Assembly: GCA_963828195.1 (NCBI GenBank)
Contig: CAWHDT010000003.1
Span: 224,001-288,000 of the forward strand
Source of the DNA: Candidatus Bathyarchaeota archaeon
GTDB lineage: Archaea; Thermoproteota; Bathyarchaeia; Bathyarchaeales; Bathycorpusculaceae
Length of the DNA stretch: 64,000 nucleotides
Reading direction: 5' to 3'
Shown here: one piece after another, positions 11,012 to 20,880 of the stretch
Layout: each line of letters begins with the position of its first letter
How positions within the stretch are numbered: position 1 is the first letter of the stretch
Position numbers and translations under genes: made by a program
Notes under the pieces: model-generated
What the model was told of the DNA's origin: nothing
What the model saw: the letters and a program-made list of their open reading frames with translations, nothing else
Database searches by the model: none

Positions 11012-11359
11012 AAGCTTAGCCGCCTCCAAACCAGCCGACGACAGTGCCGCCAAAACAACTGCAGAACGAAACTTGTTCACAACCTGTAGTTTTTTCGTTC
11101 CTCTTACAGAATGATTGGTTTTTTGTCATAATGCAGTCGTTCAGTAATGCCGCCAGCTACTGATAGGTGAGATACGTTTTATTGGCATGTGTTTCAAAGG
11201 CATATAAATATTGCGCGCTGGCTTTTCCCGATATTATGTTTTGAAGTATGTCGATGATAGCGCTTTGTCCAGCCTTCCGACGTTTTAAGCTGTTTATTCT
11301 ATAACGTTTAATAGTAATATATTCCCTAAATATTTGATAAGTAATGGTGGGTTAGCGGT

Positions 11360-11791
11360 ATGAGTGAAAATAGTGATTCAGAAGTTTTAGAAATCGAGAT
11401 TGCCCCCCAAGCTCTAGATTATCTTAAGACAAACGGCAATGTTTTCATACTTACGCATGTCGAAAATCCACAGTACTCATACTACAAAATCAAGGGATCC
11501 GAGGGTAAAGCTAACCTTGTAATTAAATTTGTAGAGTTTGTTGAAATCTGCAAAAACTACGCTGATTCCCAAACTAACACAAGCGACCTGCAAACAGAAT
11601 ACGTTGCTAAAACCTTTGATGTGGCGTCACCTGCTCAGTCAAAGCATGATTTAAAATTTTATTTGGCGAAATCTGGGTTCTCAACAGTTGATGATTGGCT
11701 AAAAACATTAAACGCCGAAGATGAAATTCCCGAATGCTCAACTGGACAAAACAAAACCTTCTACCTTTACCACATTCAAACCACCGCTTAA
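11360..11791 (+). CDS. Hypothetical protein, possibly ASCH/PUA-like
   Basis: 143 aa ORF with a TATA-like upstream region. YLAKSGFSTVDDWL...YLYHI recalls archaeal ASCH-like proteins; the family call is weak. Confidence 0.6.
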   Translation: MSENSDSEVLEIEIAPQALDYLKTNGNVFILTHVENPQYSYYKIKGSEGKANLVIKFVEFVEICKNYADSQTNTSDLQTEYVAKTFDVASPAQSKHDLKFYLAKSGFSTVDDWLKTLNAEDEIPECSTGQNKTFYLYHIQTTA

Positions 11792-11851
11792 AAAACACTA
11801 ACCTTTTTTGTGCAAGTTGATTTTTGATTTTCAGCTGCGAAAATAGCTTTC

Positions 11852-12385
11852 CTAAAGGGTCACATTCATATTCTTTATGAGCCTAGCCAAAACTTCATCG
11901 CTCATCCATCCAGTCTTAAGGTATTGGCGAATTTGCGCAGCATTTAATCCAATGCGCTTGGCTTCTTGCACCGCGTATCGGTATGCTTCAATTTCTGTTG
12001 GTCTATCCACGTAATCGTAGTTCGGGTCAAAGAGGTCTCTGCCTTCCATGTGTTGCTTCACGTGGCAAAGTTCATGAATGACATCAAGATAAATGTCTTC
12101 TTTACTTCCGCTGTTCAAATAACGTTTGTTCACAAGCAAATGCCCCTCATTGTTGTCAACACCCATATAGCCGAACCAGATGAAATTCACTTTCAGGTTC
12201 TTCAGAACTGCCTCAGTTTCTTTCCCGAAAATTCCGCGAACGGCAAGATTTTTCTCGAAGCCCTTAAAGTACGCCATAAATGTCTGCGTCTCAGCAACCA
12301 AATGAAGAATCCCCGTCAAAGGTAACCTGGGAAACAAGCGGAAAACCCGCCCAGCAACATATTCCAACCCGCTTCGTGCAGACAA
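11852..12385 (-). CDS. Putative zinc metallopeptidase (HEXXH); true start probably further downstream
   Basis: IHELCHVKQ followed by PTEIEAY as a third ligand. Confidence 0.75.
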   Translation of the reverse strand: MSARSGLEYVAGRVFRLFPRLPLTGILHLVAETQTFMAYFKGFEKNLAVRGIFGKETEAVLKNLKVNFIWFGYMGVDNNEGHLLVNKRYLNSGSKEDIYLDVIHELCHVKQHMEGRDLFDPNYDYVDRPTEIEAYRYAVQEAKRIGLNAAQIRQYLKTGWMSDEVLARLIKNMNVTL

Positions 12386-12551
12386 ACAAACAACCTTCCT
12401 AAACTTGAAAGATACCCAACATCATTTATCTTTAGCATTATTTTAATTTATTTTGGAACGAACGGATAATTTTTTTACTCCTTCGGAGGGAGTTCGCTTT
12501 ATATTTCTCTTCAGGCATTGCCCATTTAATCAAGCGTAAACAAGGGTTTCG

Positions 12552-13256
12552 ATGGCACAACCCAGAATTAAGAGCAAAATGAAAGATTCAGTGTTGAGCG
12601 AAGAGAGTGTAGTGTCAAAGGTTTCGGAGCTGATGGAAACCCTTGACCACATTAAGAGATATAATGCTCTATCTCGTTCGCTTAAGAAATTCTTACTCAT
12701 TGTTATCGGGTCAATTGTCGTCTCTCTTGCCGTTGGGATTTTGTTCACAATTTCTGGATTTGACTATTCATCAAAAAGCCTTCAAAGTTTTATTTTAGGT
12801 TTCGTTCTTCTTCTTATCCCATTAATAGGCTTAGCAACTGGTGTTTTTTACGTTAGAAGACAAGTGAATGCGACCAAGACGGGGGAATGGAAAGAGAAGC
12901 TTTCAGGCGGCTTTCCTTCGGCTTTGGAGATTTTGCTGGAGCTGGATTGGGATGAAACCCTTGATGAAATCTCCATGGGAAAACTCAGCTACACTATTTA
13001 TGGACTAATGAAAACAGCCGCTTATTGGTTGGTGGCGTTTTTTGGTCTGCAACTGGTCGGTAACGGCGTGACACTTTATTTCTTGCACAGAGCAGTTTTT
13101 CTCAGCACTTTTGTTTCTGTAGCATTTGCTTTAATTCTTGTTCTTTCGCTGCTAGGCGGCGACCTTTTGAGACGTTACAAAGAGATTCATGCTTTAGATA
13201 TGCTCCTTTTGGAGCTAAGGTGGTTTAGCCTTGAACTCAGCAGAGCCGAGCTCTAA
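12552..13256 (+). CDS. Hypothetical membrane protein (4 TM)
   Basis: Four hydrophobic segments; overlaps the downstream wHTH gene. Confidence 0.8.
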   Translation: MAQPRIKSKMKDSVLSEESVVSKVSELMETLDHIKRYNALSRSLKKFLLIVIGSIVVSLAVGILFTISGFDYSSKSLQSFILGFVLLLIPLIGLATGVFYVRRQVNATKTGEWKEKLSGGFPSALEILLELDWDETLDEISMGKLSYTIYGLMKTAAYWLVAFFGLQLVGNGVTLYFLHRAVFLSTFVSVAFALILVLSLLGGDLLRRYKEIHALDMLLLELRWFSLELSRAEL

Positions 13257-13527
13257 ACCTGACCTCTACGTCATCGCCCGAATCATCAAGGCGTTGAAAG
13301 AGAAAAACAGGATGAACAAGACCGCGCTTGCCACTTCTACGGGTTTGGCGTACGATAAGCTCGTTAAGTATTTGGCGTGGATGTCTGAGAAAGGCTTCGT
13401 TGTTGTTGACGAAAACGGTTTAGTTATCTTAACTAAGGAAGGCTCTGAGGCATATGATGAGTTAGTGGGTTGGATAATGAAGTATGTGGGGCAACTCAAG
13501 TTTCCAAGGCTACGCCTGCGAACATAA
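13231..13527 (+). CDS. Winged-helix transcriptional regulator
   Basis: KTALATSTGLAYDKLVKYLAWMSEKGFV...LTKEG winged-helix pattern. Confidence 0.85.
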   Translation: MNSAEPSSKPDLYVIARIIKALKEKNRMNKTALATSTGLAYDKLVKYLAWMSEKGFVVVDENGLVILTKEGSEAYDELVGWIMKYVGQLKFPRLRLRT

Positions 13528-13617
13528 TCTGCCATTTCTTTTGGCTTATTACTCCCTCAAGATGAGTTCGCTTTATAAGCAAGGGCGACCTGTTTGCACG
13601 GGAGATGAGATGAGCGT

Positions 13618-14574
13618 ATGCCATTCAGCGATGTTCCCACAATTGAAGCGGTTAAGCTAACAAAACAATATGGTTCTTTTACTGCGCTTTCTGAATTGAA
13701 CCTTAAAATTGAAGGCTCAAAATGCGTCGGTTTCCTTGGTCCAAACGGCGCAGGAAAAACCACCACTCTTAAAATGTTCACTGACTTAATCCGTCCAACT
13801 TCTGGAGCAGCTTTGATAAACGGCGTAAACGTTCATACTGACAAGAAAACAGCATTGGCATCCGTTGCAACGTTGATCGAGACACCCGAAATTTATCCGT
13901 CGTTAACCCCCCGCGAAGCCCTTTCTATGATCGCTGAATTCAGAGGGGTCCCAACTGCAGAGATTAAAAAGAGAATAGAAGAAGCCGTCACCGAGGTTCA
14001 TATGGACGAGTGGATGGATAAGCGGGTCGGTAAGTTCTCGAAAGGAATGAAACAGAGAATTTGCATTGCCTCCGCACTTCTCAGTGACCCATGCATCCTT
14101 CTACTAGATGAGCCCACAACCGGACTTGATCCCAGAGGAATGAGCGAAGTTCGGGACATCGTCAAATCACTTAAGGGCAAGAAAAGATTGATTTTCATGA
14201 GTTCACATATTCTCAGCGAAGTTTCAGAGGTATGCGACGAAGTCGCTATGATTGACCATGGCAAACTGCTCGTTTACGATACCATTTCAAACGTCACCTC
14301 CAAATTTTCCGGCGGATCAAACGTGGTCGAAGTTGGCCTTCAGCATCCCATAGATCCTCAATTGATAACAAGAAACATAGCTAAAATTTCTGGTGTTAGC
14401 TCGGCGGAACAAATGAACGATATAACCCTGCGGATCAGGTTTATCGGAGGCTTGGATGTGCAGGAACAGATTCTCGTTCAGTTGATAAAATTGAATATTG
14501 GGGTAATAAGTTATAGACCTGCGGCCTCGGAGCTTGAAGACGTCTATCTTAATTTGATTAAGGATACGGTGTGA
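13618..14574 (+). CDS. ABC-2 type transporter ATP-binding protein
   Basis: GPNGAGKT, FSKGMKQR, LLLDEPT, H-loop SSH. Confidence 0.95.
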   Translation: MPFSDVPTIEAVKLTKQYGSFTALSELNLKIEGSKCVGFLGPNGAGKTTTLKMFTDLIRPTSGAALINGVNVHTDKKTALASVATLIETPEIYPSLTPREALSMIAEFRGVPTAEIKKRIEEAVTEVHMDEWMDKRVGKFSKGMKQRICIASALLSDPCILLLDEPTTGLDPRGMSEVRDIVKSLKGKKRLIFMSSHILSEVSEVCDEVAMIDHGKLLVYDTISNVTSKFSGGSNVVEVGLQHPIDPQLITRNIAKISGVSSAEQMNDITLRIRFIGGLDVQEQILVQLIKLNIGVISYRPAASELEDVYLNLIKDTV

Positions 14575-15440
14575 TAAATATGAGCAAAACAGGAACACAA
14601 TGTGGAAATAGAGTGCCCAGTAGCATGGCGCAAGTCCGAGTATCAATGAAGTATACGCTTTTAGAATACTTGAGGTCGCGTCGTTTCCTCATAATGCTGA
14701 TTATTACTCTTTTAATAGCCGCGCTCCTTACCATCATAGTGGCTTGGCGGCGTCCAGCGGGTTTTGTAACTACAAATCTCGGGTTCTATTCCAGTTGGTG
14801 GGGAACAGCAGTAACCCTTGTAATTATACTGGCTGGAATTTTCTTCGGAGGAGATGCCATTTCAGGAGAGTTTCAGAATAAGACAGGTTACTTCGGAATC
14901 CCTAACCCTGTTAGAAGGTCTTCAATATACATTGGGAAGTATTTGTCGGCTTTCTTAGCAGCTACCGCAATAATGCTCATATTCGCCGTGATTACAATCG
15001 CCAACGGATTTTACTATTTTGGCTCAGCCGGTTTGCCCTACCAATTCGTTGAGTCTTTGCTTTTCGCATGGTTTTATCTCGCCGCGGTCTTAGGATTGGC
15101 GTTCTTTTTCAGTTCACTGTTTAAGAGCAGTTCCATGTCTATTCTTGTAACGGTTATACTCTTACTGTTCGGATTCACGCTGATTTCGACGCTGGTCTCA
15201 GACCTTGTCGGGATTGAACCGTGGTTTATTCTGACTTACGGGTCAGGGATAATAGGCAACATACTGCAATCGCCTTATCCCCTTCCCAAGGTCACGACAA
15301 CTTCGTCGTTCGGGCCTCGTTCAATTACTACTACCACTTTCGCCGCATCGGTTCCTCAAGGACTCGCCATCATAGGAATATACTTCATCGTCACAGCAGT
15401 CTTAGGCCTCCTACTATTCGAAAGAAAAGAATTCAACTAA
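14571..15440 (+). CDS. ABC-2 type transporter permease
   Basis: About 6 TM; DAISGEFQNKTG...PVRRSSIYIGK motif; follows the ATPase. Confidence 0.9.
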   Translation: MINMSKTGTQCGNRVPSSMAQVRVSMKYTLLEYLRSRRFLIMLIITLLIAALLTIIVAWRRPAGFVTTNLGFYSSWWGTAVTLVIILAGIFFGGDAISGEFQNKTGYFGIPNPVRRSSIYIGKYLSAFLAATAIMLIFAVITIANGFYYFGSAGLPYQFVESLLFAWFYLAAVLGLAFFFSSLFKSSSMSILVTVILLLFGFTLISTLVSDLVGIEPWFILTYGSGIIGNILQSPYPLPKVTTTSSFGPRSITTTTFAASVPQGLAIIGIYFIVTAVLGLLLFERKEFN

Positions 15441-15700
15441 AAACAACTCCGAATCGTTTCCAGTAGGGTCATCGGTTCCAGTCCAGTGACCCTCATCTTT
15501 TTCATATTTTAAATGTTGAAACTTATTTTCTTAAATATCTGGCAGCGCCAAGACCCGAAAACGGAAAGTGTTGAGTTTTGTTATCGATTAAATTCAAATC
15601 GAAGCCAAATTTTGGTCACAGTAGCTTAACTGCAGCTATTTAGTTTGGTGGGAATAGGCTAAAATAGATTCATGTTAAAGTTAAGGTTAGCGGATGGCTC

Positions 15701-16486
15701 TTGGGGAAGTCTCAAAGCTTTGGGCAGTTACGTAAGAAAGCGCCTCAACTGATTTTTATAGCGATCGCCCTTGCCGCTGTCGTTTACATAATCTTCGATT
15801 TCTTCGAGGACGTTGTTATCGGGGGAGCCCCCGTTACAAGCGAGCCAATCATCAGCCTCGCTCTTACAATCACACAAAGCGTCATATCAATAGTGCAGGC
15901 TTGGGGCTACTCCGGCGTCTTCGTCTTGATGTTTTTTGAATCATGCTCGGTGCCTATTCCCAGCGAAGTGATTCTTCCCTTTGCCGGTTTTTTAGCTTTC
16001 ACGGGGCACCTTAACTTTTGGTTAATCCTGTCAGTTTCAACCATCGCTGGAATACTTGGTTCACTGGTTGACTACTACATCGGGTACAAAGGCGTCCAAA
16101 CCCTCATTAAACACAAAATCTTGGGAAAAGCCCTCTTATCAACCTCTCAGCTCCAAATCGCCGAAAAATGGTTCCTCAAACATGGCAGCGTAATGGTTTT
16201 CATAAGCCGCATAATTCCAGGTTTCAGGACAACTTTTTCGTTTCCAGCAGGCGCCGCAAAAATGAAGCTGAGCAAGTTTATTGTTTTTACAACTGCTGGG
16301 TGCCTCATGTGGAACGGAATCTTGGTTTGTCTTGGTTGGTACTTAGGGGGAAATTGGACAAAAGTTGTTGGCGTGACCCGATACTTAATTGTAGCTGCTG
16401 TGGCTGTCGTCGTTATAGTGATTGTCTTTTACTTGGTTCATATGAGACGCAGAAAAATGCAGGCGCCAAAAGAAAATGCTCAATAA
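15701..16486 (+). CDS. DedA family membrane protein
   Basis: ESCSVPIPSEVILPFAG and SRIIPGFRT...PAGA motifs. Confidence 0.92.
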   Translation: MGKSQSFGQLRKKAPQLIFIAIALAAVVYIIFDFFEDVVIGGAPVTSEPIISLALTITQSVISIVQAWGYSGVFVLMFFESCSVPIPSEVILPFAGFLAFTGHLNFWLILSVSTIAGILGSLVDYYIGYKGVQTLIKHKILGKALLSTSQLQIAEKWFLKHGSVMVFISRIIPGFRTTFSFPAGAAKMKLSKFIVFTTAGCLMWNGILVCLGWYLGGNWTKVVGVTRYLIVAAVAVVVIVIVFYLVHMRRRKMQAPKENAQ

Positions 16487-16502
16487 ATTGGGAATTAGCT
16501 AG

Positions 16503-17549
16503 CTAAAGGGTTGTTATCTCTGGTTTGGCTTCGCCTTTAACTCCGATGTCTATGGCTTCTTGAATCTGCAGCATACAATCAACATGGGCGGCTTCGTTGA
16601 ATACCTTGTAGTCAATCATTTCCAGAAATGCAGCGTCAACTGAAACCGGCGAGTCAGAAGCAAAGATCCCCACATCCTTCATCAAAGCTTCGTCTGGATT
16701 AGGCAAACAGTCGCAGTTCGGAGTGATGTCTCTTGCGAAACTTACATACGAAACCTTGTTTGCATTGAAAGTGGACAGTACCCCGTTGGCGGCTGACGCG
16801 AGTGCCCTGCAAATATTTTCCTGGTGCGTGAAGCTTATGGCTTCCATGGGGCAGCCATGCTTGCACATTGGGCAACGCATGCACAAGTTTGAGGTGTTTC
16901 TTGCTTTTCCCTCAACGATTTCAGGCAGCGCGAGTTCGCAATTTTCTTTGCATTTTCCGCAGCCGACGCATTTGGACTTGTCTATTTCTAAGCCGACCGT
17001 TCTGTGCTGGCGAAGCTTTCCCGCTCGTGGCGTGCAGCCCATGCCGAGGTTTTTTATGGCGCCGCCGAACCCGCTGAGTTCATGACCCTTATCGTGGGAG
17101 ACAACAATCATGGCGTCAGCCTCCGCAATGGCGCCTGAAACCTCAATTTTATCCAATATGCCCTTTGTGGGGACTGTTCGGTAGTTTTCGCCTCTGAGCC
17201 CATCTGCCACAATAAACGGCGACATGCTGAAGCCGTTCATCCACGCGTTAAGCATGTGGTCGTAGGCGTTGCTTCGATGCGCGTGATAGAGCGTGTTTGA
17301 GTCTGTTAGAAACGGCTTTCCGCCCTTCTCCTTAACCCTGCGAGTTATGTCGTGGATAAAAAACGGCTGCACATAATATGGGTTTCCCAATTCGCCCACA
17401 TGCAACTTGACTGCGACCAAGTCACCTTTTTCAACGCAGTCAAAAGTGCCTGCTTCATCATAGAGACGATTAGCCTCTTCAAGCAAGTTACGTTTTGGAT
17501 CCCACGGAACTAAATAAACCACCATTTTCCGATGCCTCTTCAATTTCAA
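16503..17549 (-). CDS. DUF362 domain protein with 4Fe-4S ferredoxin domain
   Basis: KLHVGELGN, KGHELSGFGGAIKNLGMGC, two CxxCxxCxxxC-type clusters, CDC. Confidence 0.92.
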   Translation of the reverse strand: MKLKRHRKMVVYLVPWDPKRNLLEEANRLYDEAGTFDCVEKGDLVAVKLHVGELGNPYYVQPFFIHDITRRVKEKGGKPFLTDSNTLYHAHRSNAYDHMLNAWMNGFSMSPFIVADGLRGENYRTVPTKGILDKIEVSGAIAEADAMIVVSHDKGHELSGFGGAIKNLGMGCTPRAGKLRQHRTVGLEIDKSKCVGCGKCKENCELALPEIVEGKARNTSNLCMRCPMCKHGCPMEAISFTHQENICRALASAANGVLSTFNANKVSYVSFARDITPNCDCLPNPDEALMKDVGIFASDSPVSVDAAFLEMIDYKVFNEAAHVDCMLQIQEAIDIGVKGEAKPEITTL

Positions 17550-17749
17550 TATCTTGACGGTTCTTATTTGTGTTTAGCTGGATGTTTTAGGGTCGGCTGT
17601 TTGGCTTGGTTTCCGTGCCATTTTTCCACAAAAACTCCTTGGCGGGTAAATTTGCCGAACATGAAATAGGTTTGGGGTCGCTGGCGCTTTAGTGCAGGTG
17701 CATTTGCGCAACCGCTTTAAGGCTTTTATGTGACGGCAGGAAATTCTGG

Positions 17750-18130
17750 TCAGACATTCTCTTGTTTTGCTTTTGAAAAGAAGTTGATGACGGAAATCAG
17801 TTGCTCCATTTTAATGGGCTTAGTAATGTAAGTATCTGCTCCTTCAAAAGTTGCTTTCTCGCTTGTTTTTACCGACGGATGACCTGTGAGTATGATCTTG
17901 ATGGTTTTTTCCATTTCTTTTTTGGCTTTTTCGAGAAGGTCGGTGCCCTCCATGTCGGGAAGGCATACATCTATCAAAGCAACATCAAAAGAACATTCTT
18001 TTAGCTTCTCTAACGCTTTCTGTCCAGTTTCAGCGGTCGTCACTTCAAAGCCCCGTTGGGTTAGGACTTTCGAAAAAGAACTCAGAATATATGTATCATC
18101 ATCAACTATCAGAATTTTCTTCATAAGCAT
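17750..18130 (-). CDS. Single-domain response regulator (receiver)
   Basis: ILIVDDD, D-x-x-LPDMEG, LTG, KP. Start moved to MLMKK. Confidence 0.92.
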   Translation of the reverse strand: MLMKKILIVDDDTYILSSFSKVLTQRGFEVTTAETGQKALEKLKECSFDVALIDVCLPDMEGTDLLEKAKKEMEKTIKIILTGHPSVKTSEKATFEGADTYITKPIKMEQLISVINFFSKAKQENV

Positions 18131-18487
18131 ACCTGTACTTTCTTGTTGTTGTGAAGGGGAGCGCTTTATTGCTATAAAAATATGCTGGTGGCATCCAACA
18201 ATCACATTTAAGATTCTAAAGAACCTGGTTGCTGAGGTTCCTGCTGTCAACTAGCAATAAATGGGTGACAGGCATAAACAAGCCATGACCCTACAAAGAC
18301 CCGATTAACAACCCAAATTGCATTAGCCGAATTTTATTCATAGCGTTATTTCTTAGAGATTAAATTTGTTTTGGGAATCAAGAAATAAAATAAAAGAAAA
18401 GCGCATAAAACAAGGAACAAGATGAATAATTCAGAAGCAAATTAAAATATAGAGAATTGATATTGTCATGTTTTCAGGTTATCGTTC

Positions 18488-19390
18488 ATGGGCACGCTTG
18501 AATGCAATGGGTTAACAAAGGTTTACGAGGACCACCGCAAAGCTCTTGAAAACGTCACTTTTTCAGTGGAAACCAACGGGATTTTCGGTTTAATCGGCAG
18601 AAACGGCGCCGGAAAAACCACACTCATCAGAATCCTCGCCACAGAGCTTCAGGCAACCGCTGGGACCGCAAGCATTAACGGTTTTGACGTTTTAAGGCAG
18701 GAGGGCAAGCTGAGGGAGAAAATTGCGATCGTTCCGCAGGAAGCTCGAGCGGTAAGGTGGATGACAGCTAAACAAACTGTTTTTTCTTATCTTCTTTGGC
18801 GAGGCTGGGGCTACAATGACGCAAAGCGGCTTGCTGATGAGTCTCTTGCAAAGCTTGGTTTAGAAGAGTACGCTAACGTGTTGACCAGCAAACTTTCGGG
18901 CGGCACAAAAAGAAAAGTTCTCCTTGCCACCGTAACCGCCTCCGAAGCAGACATTATTTTTCTCGATGAACCCACAACAGGCTTGGACCCAATCTCAAGG
19001 CGGGAGCTATGGGAGATTCTTAGGGAGCTGGGCAAAGAACGGTTTCTTTTTCTTACAACTCACTATCTTGAAGAGGCAGAGCAACTTGCAGATAAAATCG
19101 GCATTCTTAAAGATGGAAAAATGGTTTCGTTCGGCACCCTTCCTGAACTGAGAAAAACCGTTAGGTACCAGTACAGCATCAAACTGCCGCCTAAGGTGCA
19201 GGTTCCACAGTTGAAAGATGCAGAAGTAACCACCGATAAAGGCGGCGTTACGCAGATAATGACTAATGAAGATGAAGCTTTCAGCTTAGCCAAAGCTTTT
19301 GCTGAGCAATCAGTCAAATTCTCAATTGCCCCAGTCACTTTAGATGATATTTTCTTTTATCTTGTTGGGCAAAAAGCGAGGGATGAATAA
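18488..19390 (+). CDS. ABC-2 type transporter ATP-binding protein
   Basis: GRNGAGKT, LSGG, FLDEPT, TTH. Confidence 0.95.
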   Translation: MGTLECNGLTKVYEDHRKALENVTFSVETNGIFGLIGRNGAGKTTLIRILATELQATAGTASINGFDVLRQEGKLREKIAIVPQEARAVRWMTAKQTVFSYLLWRGWGYNDAKRLADESLAKLGLEEYANVLTSKLSGGTKRKVLLATVTASEADIIFLDEPTTGLDPISRRELWEILRELGKERFLFLTTHYLEEAEQLADKIGILKDGKMVSFGTLPELRKTVRYQYSIKLPPKVQVPQLKDAEVTTDKGGVTQIMTNEDEAFSLAKAFAEQSVKFSIAPVTLDDIFFYLVGQKARDE

Positions 19391-20134
19391 CTGAAACGCA
19401 GTAAACTCAGCCAACTTCTCGCGGGAATTCTAGTAAATGCCATCTACGAAATGGTCAACTATCCTATCGTTTTGATAAGCGCCGTTATCGCGCCGTTTTC
19501 TATTCTGATTGTAATTACTTTCATATCTCATGGCAGTCTTTTCGGAACCGCGATTGAAGGCGGATTAATAATGACGTTTTTTTCTGCCGGAATTTCGCTT
19601 CAATCAGACCTTTCTCACTTAAAAAATGACTTTAAGCTTCAAGATATGATTGTTAGCTCTCCGACAAGTTCAACCTTGTACATGGCTGGAATGACTCTTG
19701 CAGAAATCGTTTACTCTATCCCCTCTTTAGCCATTCTCATAGCACTTGCGGGAGTTTACCTGCAGCATTCGCTTCTCCAAATAGGCATTTTATCCGCTGC
19801 ACTGTTGCTGATATTCGCTATTTCAGTAGCTTTAGGGTTCATGCTGTCAACTTTCTCAAATGATGTGGTTCAAAGCTACGCTTTCTCTAGGCTGATCTCA
19901 CTCTTGTTCACTACGTTGCCGCCCGTGTATTACCCGATAACATATGTTCCCGATGTGTACAGGTACGTCGCTTATCTTTCGCCGACGACGTATGTCGCGG
20001 AAATTATGCAGTCAGCAACAGGTTACCTCAAAATCTCAAATATCAATCTGATTTTTGATTGGGTGATCCTTTCGGCGGTGTGCGCCATAGTCTTGTTTAT
20101 AGCGTATAAGAAGACAAGATGGAAAGACGTTTAG
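19391..20134 (+). CDS. ABC-2 type permease (start at CTG 19391 or ATG 19451)
   Basis: About 6 TM, PPVYYP and SPTTY motifs; the frame is open from the base after the ATPase stop. Confidence 0.88.
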   Translation: MKRSKLSQLLAGILVNAIYEMVNYPIVLISAVIAPFSILIVITFISHGSLFGTAIEGGLIMTFFSAGISLQSDLSHLKNDFKLQDMIVSSPTSSTLYMAGMTLAEIVYSIPSLAILIALAGVYLQHSLLQIGILSAALLLIFAISVALGFMLSTFSNDVVQSYAFSRLISLLFTTLPPVYYPITYVPDVYRYVAYLSPTTYVAEIMQSATGYLKISNINLIFDWVILSAVCAIVLFIAYKKTRWKDV

Positions 20135-20184
20135 AAACCCAGTTCTTCCCAGTGCCCCCTATCCCGATAGCTCCGTAAAAAGCA

Positions 20185-20401
20185 AAAGTCGCAACTTTCA
20201 TCAAACTAAAAAGTCGCAACCCACAAAGGTCCCGCCTGTAACCGACAATAACTTCAACATAGAGTCAACATGCAAAGTCGCAATCCGCCCATCCCAAAGT
20301 CGCAACGAAAAAGCAGAAACCAACCCTAAACCGAAAAACCAGCCCAAACCACAAACAGCTACACCTGAAAGTCGCAACTTACGCCACGGCAAAGTCGCAA
20401 C
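20185..20401. repeat. Six direct repeats of AAAGTCGCAA(C/T) arranged as three pairs
   Basis: Copies start at 20185, 20210, 20274, 20296, 20368 and 20391. Confidence 0.9.
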
Positions 20402-20440
20402 TAAAAAATTCAGGCAAAACCCAACCTAAAAAGACGAAAC

Positions 20441-20692
20441 TTAATATTTTTTTCCCAAAACAATCTTTTTCTGGATTTCCAAAACCTCAGCTTCATCATC
20501 AGCTAAGATGTTAAGCCACAGTTCAAACTCGGTTTTCGAAATCTCTTTTTGGATGACGCCTTTTTGGTCTCCTGAGAAAAATCGGGATGGTTCAGAAATG
20601 AAAAGTTTGACGTAGAAGATTCGGTCTGCAATTACAAGTTTGGAGCTGCAGCCGGCATGTTCTCCTGAAGTATAGTTAACTTCACAGCCCAT
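20441..20692 (-). CDS. Small hypothetical protein
   Basis: 83 aa ATG-started ORF with protein-like composition. Confidence 0.65.
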   Translation of the reverse strand: MGCEVNYTSGEHAGCSSKLVIADRIFYVKLFISEPSRFFSGDQKGVIQKEISKTEFELWLNILADDEAEVLEIQKKIVLGKKY

Positions 20693-20880
20693 TGTTTCGA
20701 GACCTTCGTTGAACAGCGTGTTTGTGTACTTAAATTTTCTGCCTAAACAATTTTTTTTGCTGCTGCCTCATGCAACGCAAAACTCTAAAAAGCAGAAACT
20801 CTGGCTCAGCGGAGAATTTGCCTGAAATATCGCAAAATAACCCCGAATAAATCGGCTCGACACTTTGCTGCGAAACAACT

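Noticed and set aside
15465-15495. GGGTCATCGGTTCCAGTCCAGTGACCC as another tRNA-derived att site
   Set aside because: Only loosely tRNA-like; it forms a hairpin followed by a T-run just after an operon, so a terminator is the simpler reading.
20185-20401. CRISPR or TIGR-like array interpretation of the 11-bp repeats
   Set aside because: Repeats are too short, spacers alternate between 11-14 and 53-61 nt, there are no C/D boxes and no cas or Tas gene; the Nop protein in the window is canonical Nop5.
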